In this document: in pieces, positions 27,487-39,435 of the stretch
How the letters are laid out: each line of letters starts with the position of its first letter
How positions within the stretch are numbered: position 1 is the stretch's first letter
From: Deltaproteobacteria bacterium
GTDB lineage: Bacteria; Myxococcota_A; Polyangia; Polyangiales; JADJMO01
Length of the DNA stretch: 64,000 bases
NCBI GenBank assembly: GCA_016182965.1
Contig: JACPFM010000071.1
Span: forward strand, 3,181 to 67,180
Reading direction: 5' to 3'
Position numbers and translations under genes: made by a program
Notes under the pieces: model-generated
What the model was told of the DNA's origin: nothing
The model's input: only the letters and a program-made list of their open reading frames with translations
Database searches by the model: none

Positions 27487-27896
27487 GCGAGCCCGCCCCG
27501 CGCCCGGCCGACGCGCACCCGGAGGACCCGACGCTGCGGCGGATCACGCCGGTGATCCTGCGCGGTGGGCTGATCGTGGCCATGGCGTTCGTCGGGGCAG
27601 GGCTCGTCCGCTACGTCGGCCGCCCGACCGAGTTCGCCACGCAGTGGCGGCTGCTGGTCACCGGCGCGCGTCATCCGCCGGCGTTCTCCTGGCGCGCCGA
27701 GGTCGAGGCGGCCCTGAGGCTCGAGCCGCGCGGGCTGGTGCTGCTCGGCCTCGCCGTGCTGACGGCGACGCCGCTGGCTCGAGTGCTGCTCTGTGCGATC
27801 ACCTTCGCGCGCGCGCGCGACCGGACGTTCGTGCTGCTGACCGGCACGGTGATCGTGCTGCTGTCGGTCGCCATCGTCCTCGGCCGCATCGGGTGA
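27483..27896 (+). CDS. DUF1634-like small membrane protein, the usual partner of TauE/SafE
   Basis: ATG overlaps the upstream stop (ATGA). Helices at 3-4 positions. The context after a TSUP gene is typical. Confidence 0.7.
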   Translation: MSEPAPRPADAHPEDPTLRRITPVILRGGLIVAMAFVGAGLVRYVGRPTEFATQWRLLVTGARHPPAFSWRAEVEAALRLEPRGLVLLGLAVLTATPLARVLLCAITFARARDRTFVLLTGTVIVLLSVAIVLGRIG

Positions 27897-27937
27897 CCCC
27901 CCTTGCGCGCGCGGGGCGTCGCGGGAACCATCCAGCG

Positions 27938-28633
27938 ATGAACCGCCTCTCGTGCTCGGTCCGCGTGGCCCTCCTCGCCGCGATCGCGGCGATCGCCGCG
28001 GCGGCGCCCGGCTGCGGCACCTCCGAAGACGCCGGGCCTCGCGACGCCGCCGTCGACCCGCCCTTCACGCCGGTCACCGACGCCGGCGCGTGCGGCGTGA
28101 CGACCGCCCATCTCCCGCCGGCCTCCGCGAAGCACCTCGAGCAGGGAACGCCGCTCACCTTCGCCTCGAACCCGCCTTGCGGCGGCGACCACTGGTCGTT
28201 CTGGACGACGTGGGGCGCGCACGCGACCGCCGTGCCGCGCGGGAACTGGATCCACAACCTCGAGCACGGCGGCGTGGCGTTCCTCTATCGGTGCGCCTCG
28301 CGCGCCGCGTGCCCCGATCTCGCCGCGAAGGTCGAGGCGGTCGCGCTGTCGCTCCCGCAAGAGGCGCGCTGCGCGCCGCCCATCCGCAATCGGATCGTCG
28401 TCACCGCCGATCCCGATCTTCCCGAGGGCGTCGAGGTGGCCGCCGCCTCGTGGGGGTACAACCTCGTCGCGCGTTGTCTCGACGAAGCGGCCCTCCGAGA
28501 CTTCTACCGCGCGAGGGTCGGCCGCGCGCCCGAGGACACCTGCGCCGAGGGGGTCGAGGTGAGCGCGCCGGTCGACTCGGGCACCGACGGCGAGTCGGAG
28601 TCCGGGGTGGGCGACGCTGCGATCGGCGGATAG
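27938..28633 (+). CDS. DUF3105-like lipoprotein
   Basis: Lipobox AAAPGC. PPCGGDHWSFWTTWG...WIHNLEHGGVAFLY matches the conserved core I associate with DUF3105. Confidence 0.65.
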   Translation: MNRLSCSVRVALLAAIAAIAAAAPGCGTSEDAGPRDAAVDPPFTPVTDAGACGVTTAHLPPASAKHLEQGTPLTFASNPPCGGDHWSFWTTWGAHATAVPRGNWIHNLEHGGVAFLYRCASRAACPDLAAKVEAVALSLPQEARCAPPIRNRIVVTADPDLPEGVEVAAASWGYNLVARCLDEAALRDFYRARVGRAPEDTCAEGVEVSAPVDSGTDGESESGVGDAAIGG

Positions 28634-28786
28634 CGCCGTTCCCGCGCGCCGCTCCTGTCACCGACCGTGCGCGCCGATTCACTGCCCGATGGGACGCGAT
28701 GTCGCACGTCGGGCGTTCCCTCCGCTGGATTCCCGCGGAGAATTCGGGGCGTCGCGCTCGGCACGGTCGTTGCGCTAAGGCGCCTC

Positions 28787-30544
28787 GTGGCTTCGCTTCG
28801 CTGGATCGCACCCTTCTCGGTGGCGCTCTCACTGGTGGCCGTCCGACCGGCCGCCGCGTCGCTCGTGCTGGCCAAGTCCGACGGCGACGTGCACGCCTCC
28901 GAGGCTCGCGTCGCCTTCTCCACCGGCGCGAGCCGCACCGTCGCTTGGGAGCAGCTCGTCCTCGACGAGGCACGCGGCGAGATCGCCTGGGTCGTCGCGG
29001 TGCCCAAGGGCGGCTGGGTCGAAGCGGCCGACGATCACTTCTTCCACGCGCTCGACGAGGGCACCGCGCCGGTGATCGCGCCGGCCAAGATGCTCGGGTG
29101 CCCGCCCGCGTCGCGCGAGTCCACCGCGGCGCCGCGCCCGGTGCTGCCGGCGCGCCCGATCGGCGGCGTCCTCGGCCCGATGTCCTCCGCGCTCGCGATC
29201 ACGCGGCTGGGCGAGCTCGGCTTCGTCGTGGGCGCCGGCGCGCGCGCGGCGCTGATCGCGCTCGACGCCGCCGGCGAGGAGGTGGCCATCCTCACGCTGC
29301 CATCCGGTCCGCGCGGCGAGACGAAGACGGTCCGCGTGCTCGGGCCGGTCGGTCGTCCGTTCCCGTCCATCCTCGCGCCCACCAACGGGCCGGCCGCGCG
29401 CCTGCACGCGTGGATCGTCTCCGCCGCGCGCGCGCACCTCACCGGCGTGCCGGCCGTCGAGATCGACTCGGCGCGGCTGTCGTGGGCCGAGGGCAAATCC
29501 AACTTCACGGCGCTGCTCGACGATTCGATCGGCGCGGCGGCGCCGGGCGTGGTGGTCACGTTCGCCGGCGCCGACGGCCTGTTCGTCGATCAACCGGGCG
29601 GCGCCGCGCTCACGACGGTCCCCTCGGTGACGCGCCAGTACTTCGGCGCGTGGGACTCGGGCGGGTACCCGGCCGCGGTCGCGTGCGCGTCACGCGTGGT
29701 GGGGCTCGCGGGCAGCGCGAAGCTCGTGGCGCCGACCTGCGCGAAGAAGCCGCCGTGGCCGACCTCCCTCGCCGCTCCTGCCTGCTCGCTCGTCGGCGCC
29801 GACGAGATCGCGCCGAGCGAGCTCACTTGCTACAGCCTCGACGACCTCGCCGCCGCCGCCGGCGGTCTCGCGCCCTCGCGCACGTGGCTGACGCGGCTCG
29901 AGGGTGTGGCGCTCCCCACGACCAAGGCGCCGCCGATCGACCTCGTCTCCCTCGGCTCCATCCCGTCGTTCCGCGAGGCCAGGCTCGGCGCCTGGTGCAG
30001 CTCGTCGGGCTCGACGACGCCGCCGCCGTCCGGCGGCGCTCCTGCTGACGACGCGGGCGGCGGCGATCCGTCTTCCGAAGAGCCGGGCGCGTACGCTCCG
30101 TCGTCTTCGTCGTCCTCGGGAGACGCGTGCGGCGGGACGATCGCGGTCGTCGATGCGTGCTCGCGTTCGAGCTCGGGCTCGGGCGGTGGCTGCGGCGGCG
30201 ACTCGAGCTCCTCGGGAGATGGCTGCGGCGGTGACTCGAGCTCCTCGGGCGACGGCTGCAGCGGCGACTCCGGCGACTCCTCCGACGGCTGCAGCGGCGC
30301 GAGCAGCTCGTCCGACGACGGCTGCTCCTCGAGCTCGTCCTCGGGATCGTCGGGCTCGTGCGGTGGCGCCGCGAGCTCGGCCGACGACGGCTGCCTCATG
30401 GGCCAGCGCGTTAGCAAGAAGCGAGCGCGGCTGCGCGTCTCCGCGTGGTCCTACGCGGCCATCGCGATCGCCGCCGTCGCGCGCAGGTTCGGGCGGAGGA
30501 AATCCGACTCCCGCGCCCCGACGCGCGAGCCCGATCGCGTATGA
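28787..30544 (+). CDS. Secreted protein with a Ser/Gly/Cys-repeat C-terminal region and a TM/Arg anchor
   Basis: GTG 28787 gives signal peptide (V)ASLRWIAPFSVALSLVAVRPAAA; the track start at 28667 is also possible. C-terminus (SSSGDGCGGD)n, then WSYAAIAIAAVARRFGRRK. Confidence 0.6.
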   Translation: MASLRWIAPFSVALSLVAVRPAAASLVLAKSDGDVHASEARVAFSTGASRTVAWEQLVLDEARGEIAWVVAVPKGGWVEAADDHFFHALDEGTAPVIAPAKMLGCPPASRESTAAPRPVLPARPIGGVLGPMSSALAITRLGELGFVVGAGARAALIALDAAGEEVAILTLPSGPRGETKTVRVLGPVGRPFPSILAPTNGPAARLHAWIVSAARAHLTGVPAVEIDSARLSWAEGKSNFTALLDDSIGAAAPGVVVTFAGADGLFVDQPGGAALTTVPSVTRQYFGAWDSGGYPAAVACASRVVGLAGSAKLVAPTCAKKPPWPTSLAAPACSLVGADEIAPSELTCYSLDDLAAAAGGLAPSRTWLTRLEGVALPTTKAPPIDLVSLGSIPSFREARLGAWCSSSGSTTPPPSGGAPADDAGGGDPSSEEPGAYAPSSSSSSGDACGGTIAVVDACSRSSSGSGGGCGGDSSSSGDGCGGDSSSSGDGCSGDSGDSSDGCSGASSSSDDGCSSSSSSGSSGSCGGAASSADDGCLMGQRVSKKRARLRVSAWSYAAIAIAAVARRFGRRKSDSRAPTREPDRV

Positions 30545-30563
30545 TGGGCGCGCGAGCGCGCCG

Positions 30564-32183
<1,620 letters not shown>

Positions 32184-32186
32184 CGC

Positions 32187-33008
32187 TCAGCGCGTGGCGA
32201 TGCGGTCGTCGAAATCCACGCCGAGCGCGATCTGCGCGACCTTCGCGTACCACTCCGGATCGCGGGAGATCGCGGCGTGCTCCTCTGCGACCGCGTCGCC
32301 ATCGGCGCAGCAGCGGAAGCCGATCGAGTAGTCGTGGTAGATGCGCGCGTGCGCCGTGGTCACGTAGTCGCAGCCCTCGCGATTGATCCTCGTGTCGAGG
32401 TAGTAGCCGCCGTGGAACGCGCCGTCGTCGGCCCACTCGTGCACGTTGCCGACCATGTCGTGGACGCCGTAGCCGTTGGTGCACTGCGCCGCTTCACCGG
32501 TGCGCGCGACGGTGTTCGGCGTCTGGTTCAGGCGCGGATCGTTCATCGCCGACTCGGAGTACATCGCCGCCGTCGGGTACAGCTTCGACAGCGGGGCCGT
32601 GCGACCGGTGTCGACGCACGCGTGCGGCACGCGCGCGTCGCCGTACGGATAGCGCGTGTGGTCGGGGCCCTTGCACGCCGAGACCCACTCCTCCGCCTTG
32701 CACAGGCGCTTGCCGGCGTTCATGCACGCGGCCCTCGCCTCGTACCAGGAGACGTGCGCCTGGGGGACGGCGCCGGCTCGCGAGACGGCCTTCACGATGT
32801 GACCGGCGGGCGAGACGTAGGCGGACCAGGCGCCGAGCTCGTGTCCGCGCTCGTCGATCTCGACGAGCGAGGCCTCGAAGCGATCGACGCAGGTCTCGCC
32901 GACGGCCGTCATGTCGCTCGGGCAGCGGGGGCTCGCCGACGCCGTCGCGACCGCTCCGAAGACCAGGAGGGCCGAGCCGAACGCGAGGAGCCGACGCCTC
33001 TCGAGCAT
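32187..33008 (-). CDS. Formylglycine-generating-enzyme (SUMF1/EgtB/PvdO) family protein, secreted
   Basis: Signal peptide MLERRRLLAFGSALLVFGAVATASA. HVSWYEARAAC..., GVHDMVGNVHEWADD, ...SIGFRCC at the C-terminus. An alternative TTG start lies at 33020. Confidence 0.8.
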   Translation of the reverse strand: MLERRRLLAFGSALLVFGAVATASASPRCPSDMTAVGETCVDRFEASLVEIDERGHELGAWSAYVSPAGHIVKAVSRAGAVPQAHVSWYEARAACMNAGKRLCKAEEWVSACKGPDHTRYPYGDARVPHACVDTGRTAPLSKLYPTAAMYSESAMNDPRLNQTPNTVARTGEAAQCTNGYGVHDMVGNVHEWADDGAFHGGYYLDTRINREGCDYVTTAHARIYHDYSIGFRCCADGDAVAEEHAAISRDPEWYAKVAQIALGVDFDDRIATR

Positions 33009-33018
33009 GCGGTCCCGC

Positions 33019-33036
33019 AAGCAGAGATGGTGCCGA
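33019..33036 (-). promoter_or_regulatory. Candidate sigma-54 (-24/-12) promoter
   Basis: The minus strand reads cGGCACc-atct-cTGCTt, that is GG-N10-GC with GGCAC and TGCT cores. It lies immediately upstream of the FGE-like gene and downstream of a sigma-54 activator gene. Confidence 0.3.
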
Positions 33037-33040
33037 AGTC

Positions 33041-33066
33041 GAATGTCGTGAAATCACACGACATTC
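33041..33066. promoter_or_regulatory. Perfect 10-bp inverted repeat (candidate operator or UAS)
   Basis: gaatgtcgtg-aaatca-cacgacattc. This is a locally AT-richer patch 33 nt upstream of the FGE-like gene start. Confidence 0.4.
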
Positions 33067-33196
33067 GCGGCGCTGCCGTGCGAAGACCGCGAGGACTCGA
33101 GACCTCATTCGAGGGGTCGGCGTCGCAGGTTGGCGCGCGCGTGTGCGGGGAGGAGACGCGGCCGTGCCCCACCTCGAGCGCGCGGGCGCGTCGACG

Positions 33197-34588
<1,392 letters not shown>

Positions 34589-34923
34589 CTAGGGAGGGGT
34601 ACAGTCTCGCACGCTTGCTCTAGCTTCGCGACGATGGTTTTGCGGTGGGGAGGGCACCGCGGCGGTCTGTGCCGTCGCGGTCAGGCCGGTGCCAGTAGTA
34701 GTTGGTACCGCGAACCTCGAGGTCAATGCGCGCGGTGCACGAGGCTCTGCCGGCGCGAGCCGTCAGGTGGTGGACGAGCCGGTCGGGCGGCTCCGCAGAT
34801 TCTCGTCTTCCGGGCTCGATCCGGGCTGGGACACGCGCCATCGGCGGGCGGCTCGGGCCTCGGAGCGATCCAGCGCGACCGCGGGACGCACCTCGACCAT
34901 CGGACGGGTGAGCGCCGCGATCG

Positions 34924-35253
34924 TCAGGCGCCGAACGACACGTCGAGCTCCGCGTGCTCCTTGACGATGCCCTGGAGCGTCGTGAAGAGCTCGCCGCGGC
35001 CCTTGTCGTCGAGCCAGGCGCGCTTGTCCTCGTCCCACGAGAAGTGCCAGGCGTTCGCGCGGGCGGCGACCCAGATCTGCCGCGTCGGCCGCTGCGTGTT
35101 CACGACGCAACGAACGCCGTTCTTCAGCGTCAGCGTGAGGACGTCGCCCGCCGAGTCGAGGTCGACGTCGTCCGGGTCGACCTCGGTGATCGCGTCCTCG
35201 ATCTTGCGGAACGCGTCGCCGACCAGGCGCAGGTAGCGGGACTCGTCCATCAT
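34924..35253 (-). CDS. cyaY: Iron-sulfur cluster assembly protein CyaY (frataxin homologue)
   Basis: 109 aa. ...VDLDSAGDVLTLTL..GVRCVVNTQRPTRQIWVAAR..AWHFSWD.... This is the canonical CyaY pattern. Confidence 0.85.
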   Translation of the reverse strand: MMDESRYLRLVGDAFRKIEDAITEVDPDDVDLDSAGDVLTLTLKNGVRCVVNTQRPTRQIWVAARANAWHFSWDEDKRAWLDDKGRGELFTTLQGIVKEHAELDVSFGA

Positions 35254-35288
35254 CGCGGGTGATCCTCTCTCGTGTCCCCTGGCACTGG

Positions 35289-35672
35289 TCAGTTGAGCGT
35301 GCTCGGGAGCTGCAGCAGGAAGGTCGCGATCTCGGCGTCGAACACGTGGCCGTCCTCGCGATGCATGCGGTAGGTGCCGCGCATGGTCCCGCGCGCCGTC
35401 CGCAGCACGCACCCGCTCGTGTACTCGAAGTGCTGGCCCGGGCGCAGGGTGGGCTGCGCGCCGACCACCCCTTCGCCGCGCACCTCGTCGACGTGCCCGT
35501 CGGCGTCGGTGATGACCCAGTGACGCGTGCGCAGCTGCGCGGTCAGCGGGCCTTCGTTGGTGATGCGCACCGTATAGGCGAACACGTAGCGTTGCGCGCG
35601 TGGCGCGGACTGCTCGGGGACGTAGAAGCACTCGACGGAGACCCGGATGCCGTCCGTGATGGCGCTGGACAC
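35289..35672 (-). CDS. apaG: ApaG (DUF525) protein
   Basis: GTG 35672. ITDGIRVSVECFYVPEQSAPRAQRYVFAYTVRITNEG...LRTRHWVITDADG...EVRGEGVVGAQPTLRPGQHFEYTSG. Full ApaG signature. Confidence 0.85.
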   Translation of the reverse strand: MSSAITDGIRVSVECFYVPEQSAPRAQRYVFAYTVRITNEGPLTAQLRTRHWVITDADGHVDEVRGEGVVGAQPTLRPGQHFEYTSGCVLRTARGTMRGTYRMHREDGHVFDAEIATFLLQLPSTLN

Positions 35673-35765
35673 CGACGCAGGCTGGCAAGTCGCCCGCGCC
35701 GCCGCAAGCGCCCAGACGTACGATTCCGCTAGCGCGCGCTCGGGGGAAGCGGCATCCAAGGGCGG

Positions 35766-36563
35766 ATGGACCGGTTCGGAAGCCCCGAGGCGTGGATCAG
35801 CCTCCTCACGCTGACGCTGATGGAGGTCGTGCTGGGCATCGACAACATCATCTTCATGACGATCCTGGTTTCGCGCCTGCCGGCCAAGCAGCAGGCCCGC
35901 GCCCGGCGCATCGGTCTGTCGCTGGCGCTGCTCATGCGGCTCGGGCTCCTGTTCACCCTCTCGTGGATCATGGGCCTCAAGGAGCCGTTCTTCTCGGTGC
36001 TCGGCCGCGGCATCTCCGGCCGCGACATGATCCTGCTCGGCGGCGGCCTGTTCCTGGTCGGCAAGGCCACCCACGAGATGTACGAGCGCCTCGAGGTCGA
36101 AGGCGAGGACGAGGACGAGGACGAGACGGTCTCCCCCGGTCCGTCGCGGGGCAAAGGCGCGCAGCGCTTCGCGTGGATCCTCGCGCAGATCGTGGTCCTC
36201 GACATCGTCTTCTCGCTCGACTCGGTGATCACCGCGGTCGGCATGGCGCAGGACGTCGCCATCATGGTCGCGGCGATGGTCATCGCCGTCGGCTTGATGC
36301 TGGTGTTCGCGCGTCGCATCGGCGAGTTCATCAACGCGCACCCCAGCATGAAGATCCTCGCGCTCTCGTTCCTCCTCCTGATCGGCGTGCTGCTCATGGC
36401 CGACGGCATGGGCCAGCACGTGAGCAAGGGGTACATCTACTTCGCGCTCGGCTTCTCGCTGTTCGTCGAGATGCTCAACATGCGTATGCGCAAGACGAGG
36501 CAGGCGCCGGTGCACCTGCACGCCCGTCTCGGCGAGCGCGCGTCGCACCCGCCGTCGTCCTGA
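35766..36563 (+). CDS. TerC family integral membrane protein
   Basis: LMEVVLGIDNIIFMTILVSRLP..., ...VLDIVFSLDSVITAVGMA.... The duplicated TerC motif (DN/DS) is present. Confidence 0.9.
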   Translation: MDRFGSPEAWISLLTLTLMEVVLGIDNIIFMTILVSRLPAKQQARARRIGLSLALLMRLGLLFTLSWIMGLKEPFFSVLGRGISGRDMILLGGGLFLVGKATHEMYERLEVEGEDEDEDETVSPGPSRGKGAQRFAWILAQIVVLDIVFSLDSVITAVGMAQDVAIMVAAMVIAVGLMLVFARRIGEFINAHPSMKILALSFLLLIGVLLMADGMGQHVSKGYIYFALGFSLFVEMLNMRMRKTRQAPVHLHARLGERASHPPSS

Positions 36564-36816
36564 GGCGCTCCAGCGCGCCAGCCGCATCGCCGCCCGCGCA
36601 CTTCGACCGGGTCTGCGTCGGCCACGAAGTCCCTGTTGGTGCGAGCTGCGCCGCCGCTGCGTCAGACGATGCGGCGCACGCGGATGCGCACGTAGTCGCG
36701 CGCCTCCGGCGACAAGCGCGCGAGGACCACCATCGCGGCGCGCGCTATCGCGCGCAGGCGCCGCGAGGTGCGGACGCGCTCCTCCACCATGCGCGCAGCG
36801 GCGATCAGCGGCGTGA

Positions 36817-37746
36817 TCACGACGGCACCTCCGCGCTCGACTTCTTCTTGGTGCCGAGCGTCGTCAGCTCGAGCGGTCGCACGTCGATCCGGCAGACGTG
36901 CCCGCCGTGCTTGGGGACGGTGGAGGTGAGCTGGTAGCGGAGCCCGAACGCGGAGGCGATCCCCGACTGGAACTGCCCGAAGATCCCGCAGTGCGCGCCG
37001 TTCCACCCGGGCGCGTCGTACCAGGGGCAGGCGGTGCCCTCGAGCCAGCCGGTGTTCGACGCGGGGTCGGCGCCGCCCCAGTGATCGGGGTTCACGCGGA
37101 AGACGTACTCGCTCATCCGGAGCAGCTCGAGCGCGCTCGCCGGCGTCGTCTCGAGCTCGAACGCGCGCTTCATGCGCCGGGCGAAGCGCTCGCCGGCGGA
37201 GAAGCAGATCTCCCCGAGGATCGGCCGGACGCGCGGCAGGTGCGCGGGCATCCGCTCGGTGATCGAGACCAGCAGCTCGCCGAGGTGCGCGGTCAGCTCC
37301 ATCCACCGCGAGGCGAGGGGCATCGGCGCGATCGCCCGCTCGGCGAACAGGTGCTCGCGGAAGGTTCGGGGCGCGCCGCCGAGCGGCGCGAAGATCCATC
37401 GCGCGGAGGGGTAGCTCGCGATGCGGTAGAGCGCGCCGAGCACGAGGCCCGGCGCGCGGGGGTCGAGGACGCGGTCGGGCAGGTGGGGGAACGACGCGCG
37501 GAGCAGCTCGTAGCGGCGCTCGAGCATCGGGCGCGCGACCTCGGCGAGCACGCGCGCGCTGTGATCGAGATCAAAGTCCCGCGCGGGGGGCGGCGCGAGG
37601 TGCGGCGCGAGCTGCTCGCGCAGGAGCGAGAACCAGTCCGCCATGCCCTCCGCCGAGAACCACCACAGCAGCCGCGTGGGGATCCTCTCGCGGCGGAACG
37701 TCTCGCGGACGGCGCGGGCGAGGAGCGTGGCCATCGAGCTCAGCAT
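36817..37746 (-). CDS. Hypothetical protein; the C-terminus has an ATC-hydrolase-like Cys pattern
   Basis: ATG 37746 (MLSSMATLLARAV). C-terminus ...EGTACPWYDAPGWNGAHCGIFGQFQSGIASAFG...HGGHVCRIDV. The family assignment is tentative. Confidence 0.5.
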   Translation of the reverse strand: MLSSMATLLARAVRETFRRERIPTRLLWWFSAEGMADWFSLLREQLAPHLAPPPARDFDLDHSARVLAEVARPMLERRYELLRASFPHLPDRVLDPRAPGLVLGALYRIASYPSARWIFAPLGGAPRTFREHLFAERAIAPMPLASRWMELTAHLGELLVSITERMPAHLPRVRPILGEICFSAGERFARRMKRAFELETTPASALELLRMSEYVFRVNPDHWGGADPASNTGWLEGTACPWYDAPGWNGAHCGIFGQFQSGIASAFGLRYQLTSTVPKHGGHVCRIDVRPLELTTLGTKKKSSAEVPS

Positions 37747-37913
37747 ATTGGGATGTCCCGCCGCGGGGGGCGTCGCTCCCCGGTCAAACTGACCGGACCT
37801 CCCGTCGAAACGACGGCGCATGCAGGGCCGGGCAGCGAGGATCGCAGGGAATTCCTGGATGGCTCGCGTCTGGCAAGGGCTGGCACCCGAACCGACCGAA
37901 AGGACTTCCTCTC

Positions 37914-38435
37914 ATGGCGAACTGGGTCATCGACAACTCGCACTCCCACATCGACTTCAGCGTCCGTCACATGGTGTTCGCGAAGGTGCGCGGCGCCTTC
38001 CGCAAGTGGAACGCGCAGCTCGCGCTCGCCGAGGACCTCGCCTCGTCGACGGTGAACGTCGAGGTCGAGGTCGCGAGCATCGACACCGGCGAGGAGAAGC
38101 GCGACGGGCACCTGCGCTCGGCCGATTTCTTCGACGCCGAGACGCACCCGAAGATGACGTTCGCCAGCAAGCGGATCGACAAGACGCAGGGCACGCTGCT
38201 CGTCGTCGGCGATCTGACGATCCACGGCGTGACCAAGGAGGTCGCCCTCGACGTCGAGGAGACCGGTCGCGGCAAGGATCCGTGGGGCAACGAGCGCGTC
38301 GGCTTCTCGGCCAAGACGTCGATCAACCGCGCCGACTACGGCCTGACCTGGAACGCGGCCCTCGAGACCGGCGGCGTCCTCGTCGGCGAGAAGGTCGAGA
38401 TCAGCATCGAGGTCGAGGCCGTCAAGCAGGCCTGA
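37914..38435 (+). CDS. YceI family polyisoprenoid-binding protein
   Basis: W.IDNSHSHIDFSVRHM...VRGAF......VEVASIDTGEEKRDGHLRSADFFD...TIHGVTKEV. Classic YceI. Confidence 0.9.
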   Translation: MANWVIDNSHSHIDFSVRHMVFAKVRGAFRKWNAQLALAEDLASSTVNVEVEVASIDTGEEKRDGHLRSADFFDAETHPKMTFASKRIDKTQGTLLVVGDLTIHGVTKEVALDVEETGRGKDPWGNERVGFSAKTSINRADYGLTWNAALETGGVLVGEKVEISIEVEAVKQA

Positions 38436-38487
38436 TCCCCGAGACGTCGTCGCGGCTGCTTCCGAGGCCGGCGAACGGTGGGCCCGC

Positions 38488-39432
38488 TCAGGCGGGCCCG
38501 CGCGTGCTCTTGCGCTCCTCGAGCTCCTCGATCGTCTTCGGCCAGTCGTCCTTCAAGAGACGCGAGAGCGAGCGATCGGCGAGGAGCTTGCCGCCCGTCT
38601 GGCAGGTCGCGCAGTAGTTGGTCTCGTTCTCCGCGTAGGCGATGCGCTGCACCGGCGCGCCGCAGACCGGGCACGGCTTGCCGTACTTGCCGTGCACCGC
38701 CATCTCCTCGCGGAACGCGGTCACCTTGTCGGGCCACTGCAGCTTGGACGCGAGCGCCTCGGCGCGCAGCGCGTCGGTCCACGAGACCAGCGTCTCGCGC
38801 GTGGCGGCGTAGAGGCGATCGATCTGCGCCTCGTCGAGCTTCTGGCTGAGGGCCACCGGCGAGAGCTTCGCGCGGTGGAGGATCTCGTCGGAGTAGGCGT
38901 TGCCGATGCCGGAGAACAGCCGCGGATCGGTGAGCGTGCGCTTGAGGGTGTGGTTCTCGCGCCTCAGGGCGGCGGCGAACGCCGCGCGGTCGATCGCGAG
39001 CGGCTCCACGCCGCCGCGGTCGAAGTCGGCGAGGGCGGCTTCGCCCCGCACGAGGTGCACCGAGGCTCGCTTCTTGGTGCTCGCCTCGGTCAGGACGAGG
39101 GTGCCGCTGCCGGTCGGGGTCGAGGCGGACGCGAAGTCGAACGCGGCGAGGCCGACCTTGCCGGGGATCTTGTCGCGCGCCGCGTCGGACCAGCGCAGGC
39201 GGCCGGCGATCATCAGGTGGATCACCACGAACAGATCGCCCTCGACCCCGAGGACCAGGCGCTTTCCGATCCGGCGGTAGCCGACGACGCGGCGCCCGGC
39301 GAGCTCCGCCGGCTTCGGATCGAACGAGCGCAGCACGAACGGGCTCGCGAACCGCATGGCCTCGAGCGTCGCGCCGCGGGTCTTCGCCTCGATCCGCTCG
39401 AGGTAGACGACGACGTCGGGGATCTCCGGCAT
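38488..39432 (-). CDS. Fpg/Nei family DNA glycosylase/AP lyase
   Basis: N-terminal MPEIPDV (catalytic Pro2/Glu3). H2TH region ...LTDPRLFSGIGNAYSDEILHRA.... C-terminal zinc finger CPVCGAPV...YCATCQ. Confidence 0.85.
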   Translation of the reverse strand: MPEIPDVVVYLERIEAKTRGATLEAMRFASPFVLRSFDPKPAELAGRRVVGYRRIGKRLVLGVEGDLFVVIHLMIAGRLRWSDAARDKIPGKVGLAAFDFASASTPTGSGTLVLTEASTKKRASVHLVRGEAALADFDRGGVEPLAIDRAAFAAALRRENHTLKRTLTDPRLFSGIGNAYSDEILHRAKLSPVALSQKLDEAQIDRLYAATRETLVSWTDALRAEALASKLQWPDKVTAFREEMAVHGKYGKPCPVCGAPVQRIAYAENETNYCATCQTGGKLLADRSLSRLLKDDWPKTIEELEERKSTRGPA

Positions 39433-39435
39433 CGC

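Noticed and set aside
35262-35290. TGGCAC word (cctggcactggtcagttgag) as a sigma-54 promoter
   Set aside because: The -12 element is absent: GG-N10 is followed by TT, not GC. The plus-strand orientation points at no downstream plus-strand gene.
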